From: Chiloscyllium plagiosum | Taxonomy: Eukaryota | Reading direction: 5' to 3' | Assembly (NCBI RefSeq): GCF_004010195.1 | Contig: NC_057719.1 | Coordinates: 23,794,313-23,832,118 of the forward strand | Length of the DNA stretch: 37,806 nucleotides | In this document: in pieces, positions 1 through 11,930 of the stretch | Layout: each line of letters begins with the position of its first letter | How positions within the stretch are numbered: position 1 is the stretch's first letter | The notes under the pieces: model-generated | The model's database searches: none | Told to the model about the DNA's origin: nothing | The model's input: only the letters and a program-made list of their open reading frames with translations | Made by a program: the position numbers and the translations under genes

Positions 1-430
1 TAAATGAAGATGAGGGGATTTTGTTTCTCTCAGTGGGTATGATACTTTGGCATTTTCTCCCCTACAGAGTGGGGGTGGTAGCATTATTAAATATTTTTAA
101 ATAAGAAGTAAATACTTACAACCAGATCCTTTGTACCTCAGAGTTCTGCAATCTTTCTCCATTCACTGCTTTTCTACTTTTTATACTAAAGTGAACAAGT
201 TCACAGTTTTCCACATTATTTTCACTTACCCATACTCAATTAATGCTTTGCAGACTCCTTATGTCCTCTTCACAACTTTCTTGACTGGGAAGATAGACAA
301 ATGTTTTCAGATATGTAAAGATGTAACGTTGAGGTCACAATTAGACTAGCCATGATTGTAATGCATGGCAGAGCAGGTTTGAGGGATCATGTGCTCTACT
401 CCCACCCCTAATTCATATCTTCGTATGTAG
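1..430 (+). mobile_element. Degraded CR1-type LINE 3' end, with an apparently inverted CR1 piece at ~130-280
   Basis: GAGGTCACAATTAGACTAGCCATGAT...GGCAGAGCAGGTTTGAGGG...CTACTCC...CCTAATTC resembles the CR1 3' UTR also seen at 13045-13392 and, inverted, at 36565-36935. Confidence 0.55.
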
Positions 431-439
431 ATTATATCT

Positions 440-1145
440 GACAGCCAACTTAAGCACAGCAACCTATACACAAATAGCATGTGATAATGATAAGACATTA
501 TATTCTCTTTATTCATGTTGGTTGAAGGGTAAATATTGGCAAGGAGAATATAGGAGAACTTACTTTAAAGAGTGCCGTGGGATGTTTTACACCCACCTGA
601 AGGAAAATCTTCAGCTTATTGTCCCACTCAGCAGACTAAATCTAAAAACAATGTACAGCATCCGTATTTTTTTTAAAATGAGACAGGCACTGGTATAGCA
701 GTAACATCTTGGGGCTAGTCACTCCAGCTCCACCCCAATACACTGTGGGTGTGGGTTCAAATCCCACTATAGCAGATATTAAAATTTGACTTCAGTTTAA
801 AAGTTAGTCTAATGGAGATCATGTTATCATTGTTGCTCTTGTTAAAAACAAACTGGCTCACTATCCTCTTTAGGGAAGGAAATCTGTGTCTTTACCTGGT
901 CTGGACTACATATAACTCCAAACCCACAGCAATGTGGTTGCTACTTAACTGACCTCTGCCCTGGTACTAACAAGCCACTCAGTACAAGGTGCAATTTGGG
1001 AAGGGTATTAAATGTGGCCTAGCAAGTAACACCAACATCTCATGACTCCCAAAACCGACTGGGTTCAGTACTGGTGCATTGGCTGAGATTTTGTGTTCAC
1101 ATACTGGTAGCAGCACTACAGCTCACAATGTTTTGAATTAGAGAT
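440..1145 (-). mobile_element. Deu-domain SINE (SacSINE1/AmnSINE1-like), split by an LF-SINE-like insertion
   Basis: Minus strand of 440-640 reads AGGTGGGTGTAAAACATCCCACGGCACT...GCCAATATTTACCCTTCAACCAACAT...ATTATCACATGCTATTTGTG...GCTGTGC (Deu-domain-like). A 5' part appears to resume at ~1060-1145 (CACAAAATCTCAGCC...CAGTACT). Recognised from memory of the consensus. Confidence 0.6.
690..1046 (+). mobile_element. LF-SINE-like tRNA-derived SINE
   Basis: B-box-like GGTTCAAATCC; diagnostic core CTTTAGGGAAGGAAATCTG...CTTTACCTGGTCTGGACTACATATAACTCCAAACCCACAGCAATGTGGTTG...CAAGCCACTCAGT; LINE-derived tail. Confidence 0.7.
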
Positions 1146-1714
1146 AAAATTGTCTCCACAGATCTATGCCTGCAAGGAAGTGTGTTAAGATCAAATGCTA
1201 GGCTCCTATACAAGTGGCATGGTTAAGATGAAAAATCTGGTGGAATTGGAGTTGTGTTTGCAAAACATACTCTTGAAAGGCTTGTGCTGTTTCATCACAT
1301 GATATGAAACCAGACAATACACATCCCAATTTCTGGGTTGTTGTGTCACAACTGACATAATTAGCAGAACATGTCTATTCCACAAGTCAATGAGGTGGAA
1401 AGCAGGAAAAATGGGTGCAAGGATAGCCTGAAAATGTTTCTAACAATCTGCAATTAAGGTTTTCAAGATTGTTCCCATAGCTCCTTCTGTGTTTACCAAC
1501 CCATATTTAATCATCAGAATATGAATAAACACTGTGTACATGGGATCAATCAAAAAATGCCAGTTGCAAAATCATGTATTTCATTATTAAATCACAAAGA
1601 TCCTGCCAGTTTTCCCTTTAGTTGCATTCAATTTACAGCTGATTGCAAAGTAAGACTGATCCCTTTTGAAATCATATGAAGAGTAGTCAGTAAACTTATA
1701 ATTTCGTAGGTAAG

Positions 1715-3034
1715 ATAGAGTCATAGTCATAGAGATGTACAGCACGGAAACAGACCCTTTGGTCCAACCTGTCCATGCCAACTAAATATCCCAACCCAAT
1801 ATAATCCCACCTGCCAGCACCTGGCCCATATCCCTCCAAACCCTTCCTATTCATATACCCATCCAAATGCCTCTTAAATGTTGGAATTCTACCAGCCTCC
1901 ACCACTTCCTCTGGCAGCTTATTCCATACCTCTGTGTGACAAAGTTGCCCCTTAGGTCTCTTTTATATCTTTCCCCTCTCACCCTAAACCTATGCCCTCT
2001 AGTTCTGGGCTCCCCAACCCCAGCGAAAAGACTTTGTCTATTTATCCTATCCATGCCCCTCATAATTTTGTAAACCTCTATAAGGTCACCCCTCAGCCTC
2101 CGACGCTCCAGAGAAAACAGCCCCAACCTGTTCAGCATCTCCCTGTAGCTCAGATCCTCCAAACCTGGCAACATCCTTGTAAATCTTTTCTGAACCCTTT
2201 CAAGTTTCACAACATCTTTCCGATAGGAANNNNNNNNNNNNNNNNNNNNNNNNNNNNNNNNNNNNNNNNNNNNNNNNNNNNNNNNNNNNNNNNNNNNNNN
2301 NNNNNNNNNGGGCCCAGCACCGATCCTTTTGGCACTCCACTGGTCACAGGCCTCCAGTCTGAAAAACAACCCTCCACCACCACCCTCTGTCTTCTATCTT
2401 TGAGCCAGTTCTGTATCCAAATGGCTAGTTCTCCCTGTATTCCATGAGATCTAACCTTGCTAATCAGTCTCCCATGGGGAATCTTGTCAAATGCCTTACT
2501 GAAGTCCATATAGAGCACACCTACTGCTCTGCCCTCATCAATCCTCTTTGTTACTTCTTCAAACAACTCAATCAAGTTTGTGAGACATGATTTTCCACGC
2601 ACAAAGCCATGTTGACTATCCCTAATCAGTACTTGCCTTTCCAAATACATGTACATCCTGTCCCTCAAGATTCCCTCCAATAACTTGCACACCACTGAGG
2701 TCAGGCTCACTGGTCTATAGTTCCCTGGCATGGCCTTACTACCCTTCTTAAACAGTGGCACCACGTTAGCCAACCTCCAGTCTTCGAGCACGTCATCTGT
2801 GACTATCGATGATACAAATATCTCAGCAAGCGGCCCAGCAATCACTTCTCTAGCTTCCCACAGAGTTCTAGGGTACACCTGATCAGGTCCTGGGGATTTA
2901 TCCACCTTTATGCGTTTCAAGATATCCAGCACTTCCTCCTCTGTAATATGGACATTTTGCAAGATGTCACCATCTATTTCCCTACATTCTATATCTTCCA
3001 CATCCTTTTCCACTCTACATACTGATGCAAAATA
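1715..3034 (-). mobile_element. 5'-truncated CR1-clade LINE (HER1-like): ORF2 RT remnant plus 3' UTR and short tandem tail
   Basis: ORFs 2207-3097(-) and 1851-2369(-) give KSPGPD, DWRLANVVPLFKKG, NYRPVSLTSV, YMDFSKAFD, GVPKGSVLG and LERRRLRGDLIEVYKIM. The tail ends CTCTATGACTATGACTCTAT. An 80-N gap lies at 2230-2309. Confidence 0.95.
2230..2309. other. Assembly gap (80 N)
   Basis: Run of N in the sequence. Confidence 1.
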
Positions 3035-4945
3035 ATTAATCTTGAGCTGCGCAGGTCTAAACATTTTAGGTTTGGTCCTGGATCTATAGTGAAGCAATTG
3101 ATCTCAGCAAAAGTATTAGTATGGTTATTACATAAAGCCTTATTCCTTTTACATTATGGAACAAAATATTAGCCATAGGTTGATTGCTATTGAGGTTCTA
3201 AAGCTGGACAATACAACAGAAGAGAATGCCTTTCATAATTATTAGCATGCTAGGTTTCAAATTGAAGAAAGGCCACTTGGGCAAAAGTCAACACCTTCAG
3301 GAAAAATGAATAGAGAGAAGAATTTCTGTAAAAGTAACCTTTCACTTCAGTGTAATTGTGGTGTATGGTATTGCAACACTGTAGCAATGACAACAAAATT
3401 GCCCTTCAGGAAATATGGAATGATTGCGTGGTGGGGGGAGTGGCGGGGTGAGAGAGATGTGAAGGCAGCTTGTCAAATTAAATGCTGATCATTTCTCACT
3501 TCCAGTGATGTTTTTAAAAAGGTTCTAATATCAGGAAAATGGCATGTCTGTGCAGGTACAAGTAAAGCTAATCTAAATTTCAAATGCACAGTTCACAATG
3601 AGTTATATTAAAATAATCGTATCTTCACAAAGAGCTGCTTCTTTTTTTTTAACAATGCATATCAATCTTCAGAAAACAAGCAATTTAACTTAATATGAGT
3701 TTCTGCCCTCGCCTGAATGGGTCCAAAATTATTACCTTAAAGCTATGACAAGCATTACCTTAAATGCTTACTGTATTTATGTTCATAATGGACACTGTAC
3801 TGCCTAAATAGTTAACAACAGAAGTTTAACAGCTGATGAATGTTGCTTTTATAGGGAGTAAGGTTTAATACTAACATATCCTTGAATACTTAATAAATTA
3901 GTAACTCTTTGCTATTACCTAAAGGATTATGTGTTCATCACAAGGAAATCTTTGCATCCTTCTATGTTCAGGAAAAGATAGATCTACTTTGTTGTAGATG
4001 AAGACCATGCAAAGAGGTGTTGGCGGATTGTGAAAAAGATCTGAGAAATCAGCCCTGTAGTGAGTTACCTTCAAATGTGACAAATACTGCAACAATTTTG
4101 CGCTCAACAAGACTCCATAGCAACAATAAGGGAAATGACCAATAGAAAGCTGAGGACAATCAAGGTTGCCTGAGAAGATCAGTCTCAGGGTTTAAAGTTG
4201 AAGAGAGACTTTAGAGCCCAGGGAGATGGAGGATGGACTGCGGGATTGGTTTCTCTTGGGCAGGTGATGTGGAAGGAAGTTGGTAAATACAGCATTTTCA
4301 AGTCACTATGCCTGTTAATGCTTTATTTAAACACTAGTGGATGGCTGAGTTTGGCACCTGCTCAGCTCCTATTTTGTGGGGTGAGTTCAGTGGTGGGCAG
4401 GAAGGTAGGTGGGTTGACACCAACTGATTTTATGCATACATCCCCAACCTACACCAGAAAACATCCCCATCAGGGTCCATAAATCTACCCATGAGTGAAG
4501 AATCTGTAAATCTAGAGTCAGAGACTTAAGACAGTACCCATGTGATACCTGGGTTAAAGCCAGGAAATGGTGGACAGATGAAAACCCAGTTTAATGTCTG
4601 GGCAATTTTATAACTGAAGCCTCCACCCTCTCCAATTCCTCAAAACGACTTCGCCTGAACTCCTGACCCAAGTATACCTTGTCCGGCACAAACTAGACAC
4701 GTCCCAAACAACCACCTGACTACCCCCACAAGGCTGGCCACCATCTCACCCACTTTGCACCTCAGCCACCTACTACCTTGACCACCTTCCCTATTAACTT
4801 CACCCACCTACCTACCGACATCACCCAACCACTCAGCCTACCGATTCACTCATTTGTCAACTCACCCATTCAATAACACTTCCAATGGAATTTTAAACTT
4901 TACAAAATGGCAGTAAATCCTTTAGAAAAGGTCCCCTCTCCCCAG

Positions 4946-5563
4946 CGCCACAAAGCTGGTTCCTTTCTTTCTAAAAGCTGTTCGTTTTCTCAGAAGGGTC
5001 GTAAACGCTGCCGGTGCCAATTAGACTGGTTTAGTACAGAGATTAAAGGGTATTGAGAGGCCTTTTTGTTTATATATAAACAGATGAGACTTCAGACCAA
5101 AGTGGTCATCTTTTAGAAGTGACCTGTATAATGAAAGGGGGGTGGTCAGCTCTCTAGCTGAGCAGTTCAGTCCAGAACTAGTTGGGAGTTCAACAGTGAG
5201 CTGTGTGGAAACAAACTCTCTCTCTCTCTTTCTGTCCTTCTAACTTCAAACTGTAAGCATCTATTCCTTTTTTTATATTGTGTTTTAAGGGTGTTTGCTT
5301 ATTGGGACTGTTGTGTATATTCGGATCAGCATAATTAAGCCGAATTTGGATAGACTGAGTTCTGTAGGGGTTCTTTATTCTGCACTTTATGTTTCATTGT
5401 GTACTTTTGTGAATAAATTTTAGTCTTTTTTTATAACCTGGTAGTCAACCTTGCTAACATATTCCGGGTAATTTTCTCTGTACATGTATTGAAACAAGTT
5501 GCAAAGTTATGGTCTGAGCTGCCTACTTAAGAATGTTTAAATGGTCTGGCCTAGTTCATAACA
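4946..5563 (+). repeat. 5' LTR
   Basis: Starts CGCCACAAAGCTGG (the usual terminal T is a C here) and ends CATAACA. About 90% identical to the 3' LTR in a ~200-bp stretch counted by eye. Followed by a weak tRNA-Pro-like primer-binding site (TGGG...GGGAT). Confidence 0.93.
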
Positions 5564-5663
5564 GATTGGGTTTTTTTTGTGGGATTTTAAACAGCGAGTG
5601 GGAGGTGCTAGCATCTTTATTTTGGGTGTTGGTTTGGTTGGGTAAACAAAGCTTGGAATAGTA

Positions 5664-6434
5664 ATGGCTCTTTCAGTCACCAAAAGTTTTCTGGATGTGG
5701 ATGCGGTGACTTTGGAAGTTTTGCAAAAGGTGAATAAGACCAAGCTGCAGGAATTAGCAGAGAAGCTGGAATTGGAACTGCCTGCTTCTGTGAGGAAAGG
5801 AGAGATAATTACAGCAGTAGCTCAGCATTTGAACTTGCTGGAGAAACCATTAGAATCTATAGAGATGGCAAGAATTCAATTGCAAATGAAGCATCTTGAG
5901 TTAGATGCGAGAGATAAGGAAAGGTCAGCAGAAATGAAACAGTTTAAAAGCAGAAAGGAGAGAAGAGAGAGAGCAGCAGAAGAGAGGGAAAAAGAGCGAG
6001 CAGAGAATGAAAAAGAGAGAGCTCTTGAACTTCAAAAACTGACACTTAAAAAGGAAAGTCAGCTGAAAAGCCTGGAGATAAAGGCTGAAGATAACCTTTG
6101 CAAGGAAGTAATGCAAACTCATGTGGGAGAGCAGAGAGTTAAAACAACAAGGTTAGCAGCTGAAGTGGCTGATGATTATGAGCTGGTTCATAAAACTTGG
6201 TTTGGCTTCCGGAATTAATTTCAGTTCATGAGGGATAGAAATTGGGACAAAGAGAAATCCTCATGTGGAAAGAGAAAGGTAGATCTCAGTGAAGTTCATA
6301 AGAATAATTTACCACAGGATAAAAAAGAAACACATGAGAGGGACAAAGAAGTTAAAAAGCTCCGTGTTTTCATTGTAATACAGTGGGCCACACAAAATCT
6401 CAGTATTGGTGGGCTGGCAGAAAGCCAGATGTAG
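5664..6434 (+). pseudogene. gag: gag remnant: coiled coil, C-terminal part and mutated zinc knuckle
   Basis: ORF 5664-6218 (E/K/R-rich coiled coil, then THVGEQRVKTTRLAAEVADDYELVHK); frameshifted zinc-knuckle-like CFHCNTVGHTKSQYW near 6365-6410. Confidence 0.8.
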
Positions 6435-6619
6435 GAAAACCGGACAAGCCTGAAAGTTTTGTTGGGCTAGTAATAAAATGGACAAGGGAAGTTAGACAAC
6501 TGCCTCAAAGTGCACAAGATGATAAGAGGTTGGTTAAGGAGGAAGTGCCAGATCTGCTTAAAATGTATACATGAAAGGTAACGTTTATTCACGTAGGCCA
6601 GGATTATTTTGTGAGGAGT

Positions 6620-7177
6620 TTACAATATGAAGGGACACAGGATCCTCTCAGTCTGTAATGCTGAAGGATGAGGAGACATGTACTCCTGAGAGACTATTGC
6701 CAGAAAAGGTACTGGTAACAGGAATTCATGGTGAGACAAGAAGTGCTCAATTATGTAAAGTGAGGCTAGAGAGTCCAGAGAAGAGTGGAAAATTTGTGGT
6801 CGGAGTACTGTACAAACTCTCAGCTCCAGGAATACAATCTGTCCCTGCAAATGATACAGCTGATTCTTCGGTAGGCGTGCTGCCTACTCTAGTTGAAAAA
6901 CCAGTGGAAACGCAGGCAACTGAAGATATGAAGGACATTTATCCAGGAATTTTCCCTGATTGTGTGGTCACAAGATCACAGAGGCATACGCTGAAGCAGG
7001 AGAGATCAAAAGGCACAGATAAGGAAGCTGACATAGCTTCATCTGAGACTACTTTGATCAGTGGCACAGAGCACGAACAAATAAGTAAACATGCAAGTAT
7101 CTTTAGCTCTGCTAAGCCGATTGAATTACAGCAGAACGATGAGTACCTAAAACAGTTATATCACAAGGAATTTACAA
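6620..7177 (+). pseudogene. Aspartic protease remnant and linker
   Basis: RDTGSSQSVML at ~6631-6663 (DTG active-site motif) continuing into ORF 6658-7200; interrupted by a SINE at 7178. Confidence 0.8.
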
Positions 7178-7500
7178 AGATTAGATTCACTACAGTGTAG
7201 AAACAGGCCCTTCAGCCCAACAAGTCCACACTGACCCTCCGAAAAGCAACCCACCCAGACCCATTCCCCTACATTCACCCCTGGCTAATACACCTAACAC
7301 CACGGCAATTATCATGGCCAATTCACCTAACCTGCACATCTTTGGACTGTGGGAGGAAACCAGACCACCTGGAGGAAACCCACACAGACACAGGGAGAAT
7401 GTGCAAACTCCACACAGACAGTTGCCCGAGGTGGGAATTAAACCCTGGTCCCTGGCGCTCTGAGGCAGCAGTGCTAACCACTGAGCCACCATGCTGCCCC
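7178..7500 (-). mobile_element. HE1-type SINE inserted in the LTR element
   Basis: Minus strand starts GGGGCAGCATGGTGGCTCAGTGGTTAGCACTGCTGCCTCA (A box) and ends GAAGGGCCTGTTTCTACACTGTAGTGAATCTAATCT; same family as 19192 and 35103. Confidence 0.92.
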
Positions 7501-8871
7501 AAACGGAGAGTGAATGCATCCCTGTGTGTTATTACTGAACAAATGATGTCTTAACGAGGAAATGGAGACCGTGGCACAGTCAAGCAGATGAGAAATGGGC
7601 AGAGATTCATCAAATTGTTTTGCCAATAGGGTATAGAAAGGAGGTGCTATGAGTGACGCATGAGCTACCACTAGGAGGTCATTTATGGATGAGGAGAACA
7701 CAGGCTAAAATACAAAGACATTTTTACTGGCCTGGACTACACAAGGATGTAGCTGAATTTTGCTAGACGTGTCATACATGTCAGCTAATCGGAAAACCGC
7801 AGGCAGTAATAAAACCTGCACCTTTAATACCTATTCCAGCAATTGAGGAGCCTTTCACAAGACTCTTGATTGATTGCATAGGACCCTACCTCAAACAAAG
7901 AGTGTGAATAAGTATTTATTAACAATAATGGGTGTGTTGACTGGATTTCCAGAGGCAATCCCATTACGCAACATCACAGCTAAAAGAATTGTAGAAGAAT
8001 TACTTAATTTTTTTACGAGATACGGACTACCAATAGAGATCCAGTCAGATCGATGATCAAACTTCATATCCAAACTATTCAAGGAGGTTATGGATAACTT
8101 GGGAATAAAGCAATTCAAATCTATTGTGAACCACCCGGAATTGCAGAGAGTGCTAGAGAGATGGCATCAAACACTATAGACTATGTTGAGGGCTTATGGT
8201 CGGATTATCCAGATGATTGGGACAAGGGAGTTCCGTTTGTACTTTTTTCAATCAGAAATGCACCGAATAAATCAACCAAATTCAGTCCATGTGAATTAAT
8301 TTTTGGGCATGAAGTAAGAGGACTCTTAAAATTGATTAAGGAGAAATTAATAAATCAGCATTCAGAGACCACCCACTTGGATTAAGTGTCAAATTTTAGA
8401 GAACGATTAAATAAAGCCAGAGAGTTAGCTGAACAGAATTTTAAAGTATCACAGCATACATTGAAACAGGAAGCAGATAAGAAATCACAAATTCACAATT
8501 TTGCAATTGGGGATAAGGTATTGGTGTTACTTCCAATAACAGGAGAGCCTTTAAAAGCAAGTTCTAGTGGATCTTATCAAATTGAGAGGAAATTGAGTGA
8601 GGTCAACTACTTGATAAGGACTCCAGACAGGAAGAAATCTCACAGAATGTGTTATGTGGATATGCTGAAAAGGTACTTTGATAGGGAAGGAAAGCAAGAG
8701 GAGAAGGTGTTAATGATTACAGCACAGAAGAAAGAACCAAGTTCAGAGGATTCTGAATTGGACATTCCTCAAATCAAATTGGACAATGAGGAAGCTATCA
8801 TAAATTGGGATAAATTATTGAATTACCTTCCACAAGGAAATCGAAATGACTTGAAAGAGTTATATACATAA
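7501..8871 (+). pseudogene. Integrase remnant (HHCC, DDE and GPY/F-like regions)
   Basis: HEL..GGH at ~7659; FYWPGLHKDV..C*TCHTCQ at ~7720-7785; DCIGP at ~7872; IQSD at ~8040; LERWH at ~8153; DWDKGVPFVLF; GDKVLVLLP...SGSY. Confidence 0.9.
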
Positions 8872-10145
8872 GGAGATAGATAGAAATAAACTGGGATGTA
8901 CTAATTGTGCATGATGTAGATATAGGAGATACTGTTCTGATTAAGCAAAATCTTTACAGGCATAACCCTCTAAACTTGGCACAGGTTCAGGAGGAGATAG
9001 GTCGCATGCTCCGAGATGGCATAATCAGAGCTCACTGTCATGGTGCCAAAGCCAGATGGCACCCAACCGTTATGTGTGGACTATAGCAATGTAAACGCCG
9101 TTACACAGACTGATGCATATCCAATTCCACGGTTGAAGGAATGTGTTGAAAAGGTGGGACAAGCAACTTACGTTTCTAAGTTGGACTTGCTCAGAGGCAA
9201 CTGAGAAGTACCTCTGTCAGAGAGAGCAAAGGCAATTTCAGCTTTCGTATCGCCAGATGGACTATGTCAGTTCAAAGTCATGCCATTTGGTATGAAAAAT
9301 ACCCCAGCCACTTTTCAGTGACTGACTAATAAGGTCATTGCCAGATTACCCAACTGTGTGGTGGATATTGATGACTTGGTGATTTTTAGTCACTTGTGGA
9401 AGGAACATTTACAACATTTATCACACTTGTTTGATTGACTTGAGAAAGCAGGCTTGGTGGTAAACCTAGCTAAAAGTGAATTTGCCAAAACTCAAGTCAT
9501 CTTCCTGGGCCATGTTATTGGACATGGACAAATGGCTCCATGGGATTTGAAAACGAAAGTAATTGGGCCCACACCATCAACAAACAGTTCCTGGGATTGA
9601 GTGGGTTTTACTGGAAGTTTGTGCCAAACTTTAGCAGCGTGGCTGCTCCACTCACCGAATTATTAAAAAAGGGCAAGAAGTTTCAGTGGACAGCGGACTG
9701 TTAAAAGGCATTTAACAGCCTAAAACCTGTGTTAACCACTGACCCAGTATTAGTCACACTGGGTTACACAAAACCTTTCAAGGTGGCTATCGACGCCAGT
9801 GATGTGGGTGTTGGTGCGGTGCTCCTGCAGGAAGATGACAAGGGGACAGAAAGACTCATCAGGTATTTTTCAGCAAGTTGAACATTCATCAACAGAAATA
9901 TTCAGTGGTGGAGAAAGAGACTTTAAGCTTGGTGTTGGCATGACAACATTTCAGTGTTTATATTATCAGCAATGCATCTGAGACAATCATATACATTGAT
10001 CATAACCTATTGACATTTGTGGAAAGGTTTCAGGACAAAAATGCCAGACTGTTAGATGGAGTTTGTTGTTGCAGCCATTCAATTTGACAATTGTGCATGT
10101 GACAGGTTGTGAAAACATGATTGCTGATGCGTTATTGAGACCTGA
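8872..10145 (+). pseudogene. Reverse transcriptase and RNase H remnant
   Basis: VPKPDGTQPLCVDY, DAYPIPR, VSKLDLLRG, VMPFGMKN, VDIDD (YIDD mutated, ~9361), FLGLSGFY; RNase H IDASDVGVGAVL, EKE, DHN, ADAL; stops and frameshifts present. Confidence 0.9.
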
Positions 10146-10289
10146 ATTTGCATGTAATTGTGCAGGTTAGCGTGTTTATAGTTAGTCTTATATATATGTG
10201 TGATAAGACTATTAACCAGGTTTTTGAAGGGTTTTAAAAATGAAGCCATCTGTTTAGTATTGATGGTTCATTTTTCTTTCGGGAGGAGG

Positions 10290-10935
10290 TGCCACAAAGC
10301 TGGTTCTATTCTTTCTAAAAGCTGTTCCTTTTCTCAAGGATACTATGTCCTTGGGTTTTCTTCAGAAGGGTTGTGAACACTCCCAGTGCCAATTAGACAG
10401 CTTTGGTACAGAGATTAAAGGGTATTGAGAGGTCTTTTTGTTTATATATAAACAGGTGAGACTTCAGGCCAAAGTGGTCATATTTTAGAAGTGACCTGTA
10501 TTACAAAAGAGGAGTGGTCAGCTCTCTAGCTGAGCAGTTCTGTCCAGAACTAGTTGGGAGTTTAACAGTGGGCTGCATGAAGACAAACTTTCTCTCTCCT
10601 TATGCCCTTATAATTTCAACCAGTAGTTGACGTGTGTTCCATTTTTTTACTGTGTCTTCAGGGTGTTTGCTTATTGGGACTGTTGTGTATGTTCAGAACA
10701 GCAAAATTAAGTCTAGTTTGGATAGACTGAGTTCTGTAGGGGTTCTTTATTCTGTCCTTTATGTTTCATTGTGTAATTTTGTGAATAATTTTTTGTCTGT
10801 TTTAAAATGTGGTAGTCAACCTCACTCACTTAATCTGGGTAATTTTCTCTGTACACTTACCAAAGCAAATTGCAAAGTAATGGTCTGGGTTGCCTGTTGA
10901 AGAATGATTTGAGTGATCTGGCCTAGTCCATAACA
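10290..10935 (+). repeat. 3' LTR
   Basis: TGCCACAAAGCTGG...CCATAACA; has ~25 bp near 10337-10362 that the 5' LTR lacks. Confidence 0.93.
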
Positions 10936-11654
10936 CCAGCAAACCCCCTCCTGGCCACCAACTCTACTTTCGGTAGTGCATTTATTGGGTTACTGAAAAA
11001 GCCTGGCCCAGAAAGGTCCTGGAATTAATACTAAGTAGTGTGGAGATAGGGAAATGTTCAAGTGGAGCATCAATCTGACACTTGGAAGATCTGGGCTCAT
11101 GTATTTCCTCGTTCAGATGCTGTCCAGCCTGACATGATTTACCTCGATGTTTTGTTTTAATTAGTAGTATGGCTGACAAAATCTCCAGAACTATGTTTTA
11201 AAAATACTCAGTATTGTTGCAGTGGTGACAATGGTTAGAATGGCAATGCAAACTCAGGTTTAAAATAGAGTCGCTGAGGTTATTGAATTACAAATACCCT
11301 TTTACAAGTGTTAAAGGTCAGTAACTCATGAGTGATGAAAATAGAAATGAAAAATGACAGTCTCCGATTATTAAAAAATGGGAACACCTGCAACTCACAG
11401 TCACTGGTGTCCAGATTCTTTTAAATTGCAATGACCATGATCATCATGTAAATACATTTTAAATGTGATTGTTATTCTGTACAGGATGCGTATAATACAT
11501 CATGTGGAACGTCAATTACCAGCAAGAGAAGGCCATATATAAAATAAGGCAAAGATTTGCCATTTCTTACTGTTTTTCATCATGCTGCCTACACCTGTAC
11601 ATGTATTGAATTTCCTCTTTGATTTTCAACAACAATAAAAAATAATCAAATACA

Positions 11655-11930
11655 AACACATGGTTGCAGATGCTGGAGACCTGAAATGGAAACAGAAAGT
11701 GCTCAAGAAACTGCACATCGAATAGCATCTGTGGAGAGCAAAGTGAGTTAATGCTTCAAGTTCAATGTGACTTCTTCGGAACTAAAAGAGCTGGAAAATT
11801 ATCATTTTTATTTTGCTGACAAAGGGGAAGGGGCAGCAAGCGGAACAGATGGTGAGGGTGCACAGAGAAAAAGGCAAAGGGAGAACTCATGGCAGAAACA
11901 GGTGCTAATGATATGTGTGAATAGTAAGAA
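11655..11930 (-). mobile_element. Old Penelope-like 3' terminal fragment (third family)
   Basis: GCAGATGCTGGAGACCTGAAATGGAAACAGAAAGTGCT...GCATCTGTGGAGAG...GAGTTAA resembles 34851-34951 and the Penelope terminus at 31984. Confidence 0.55.

Larger units (their letters stand above)
4946..10935 (+). mobile_element. Gmr1-like Ty3/Gypsy LTR retrotransposon, decayed but with both LTRs
   Basis: Direct LTRs at 4946-5563 and 10290-10935; 4-bp TSD CCAG at 4942-4945 and 10936-10939; polypurine tract GGGAGGAGG at 10281-10289; internal gag, protease, integrase, RT and RNase H remnants. Confidence 0.95.

Noticed and set aside
4640..4900. C/A-rich quasi-repeat next to the LTR insertion site
   Set aside because: No definable unit; treated as low-complexity or an unrecognised old repeat.
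5664..6218. 184-aa coiled-coil ORF as a host or domesticated gene
   Set aside because: It lies directly after the 5' LTR and is followed by stops and frameshifts; it is decayed gag.
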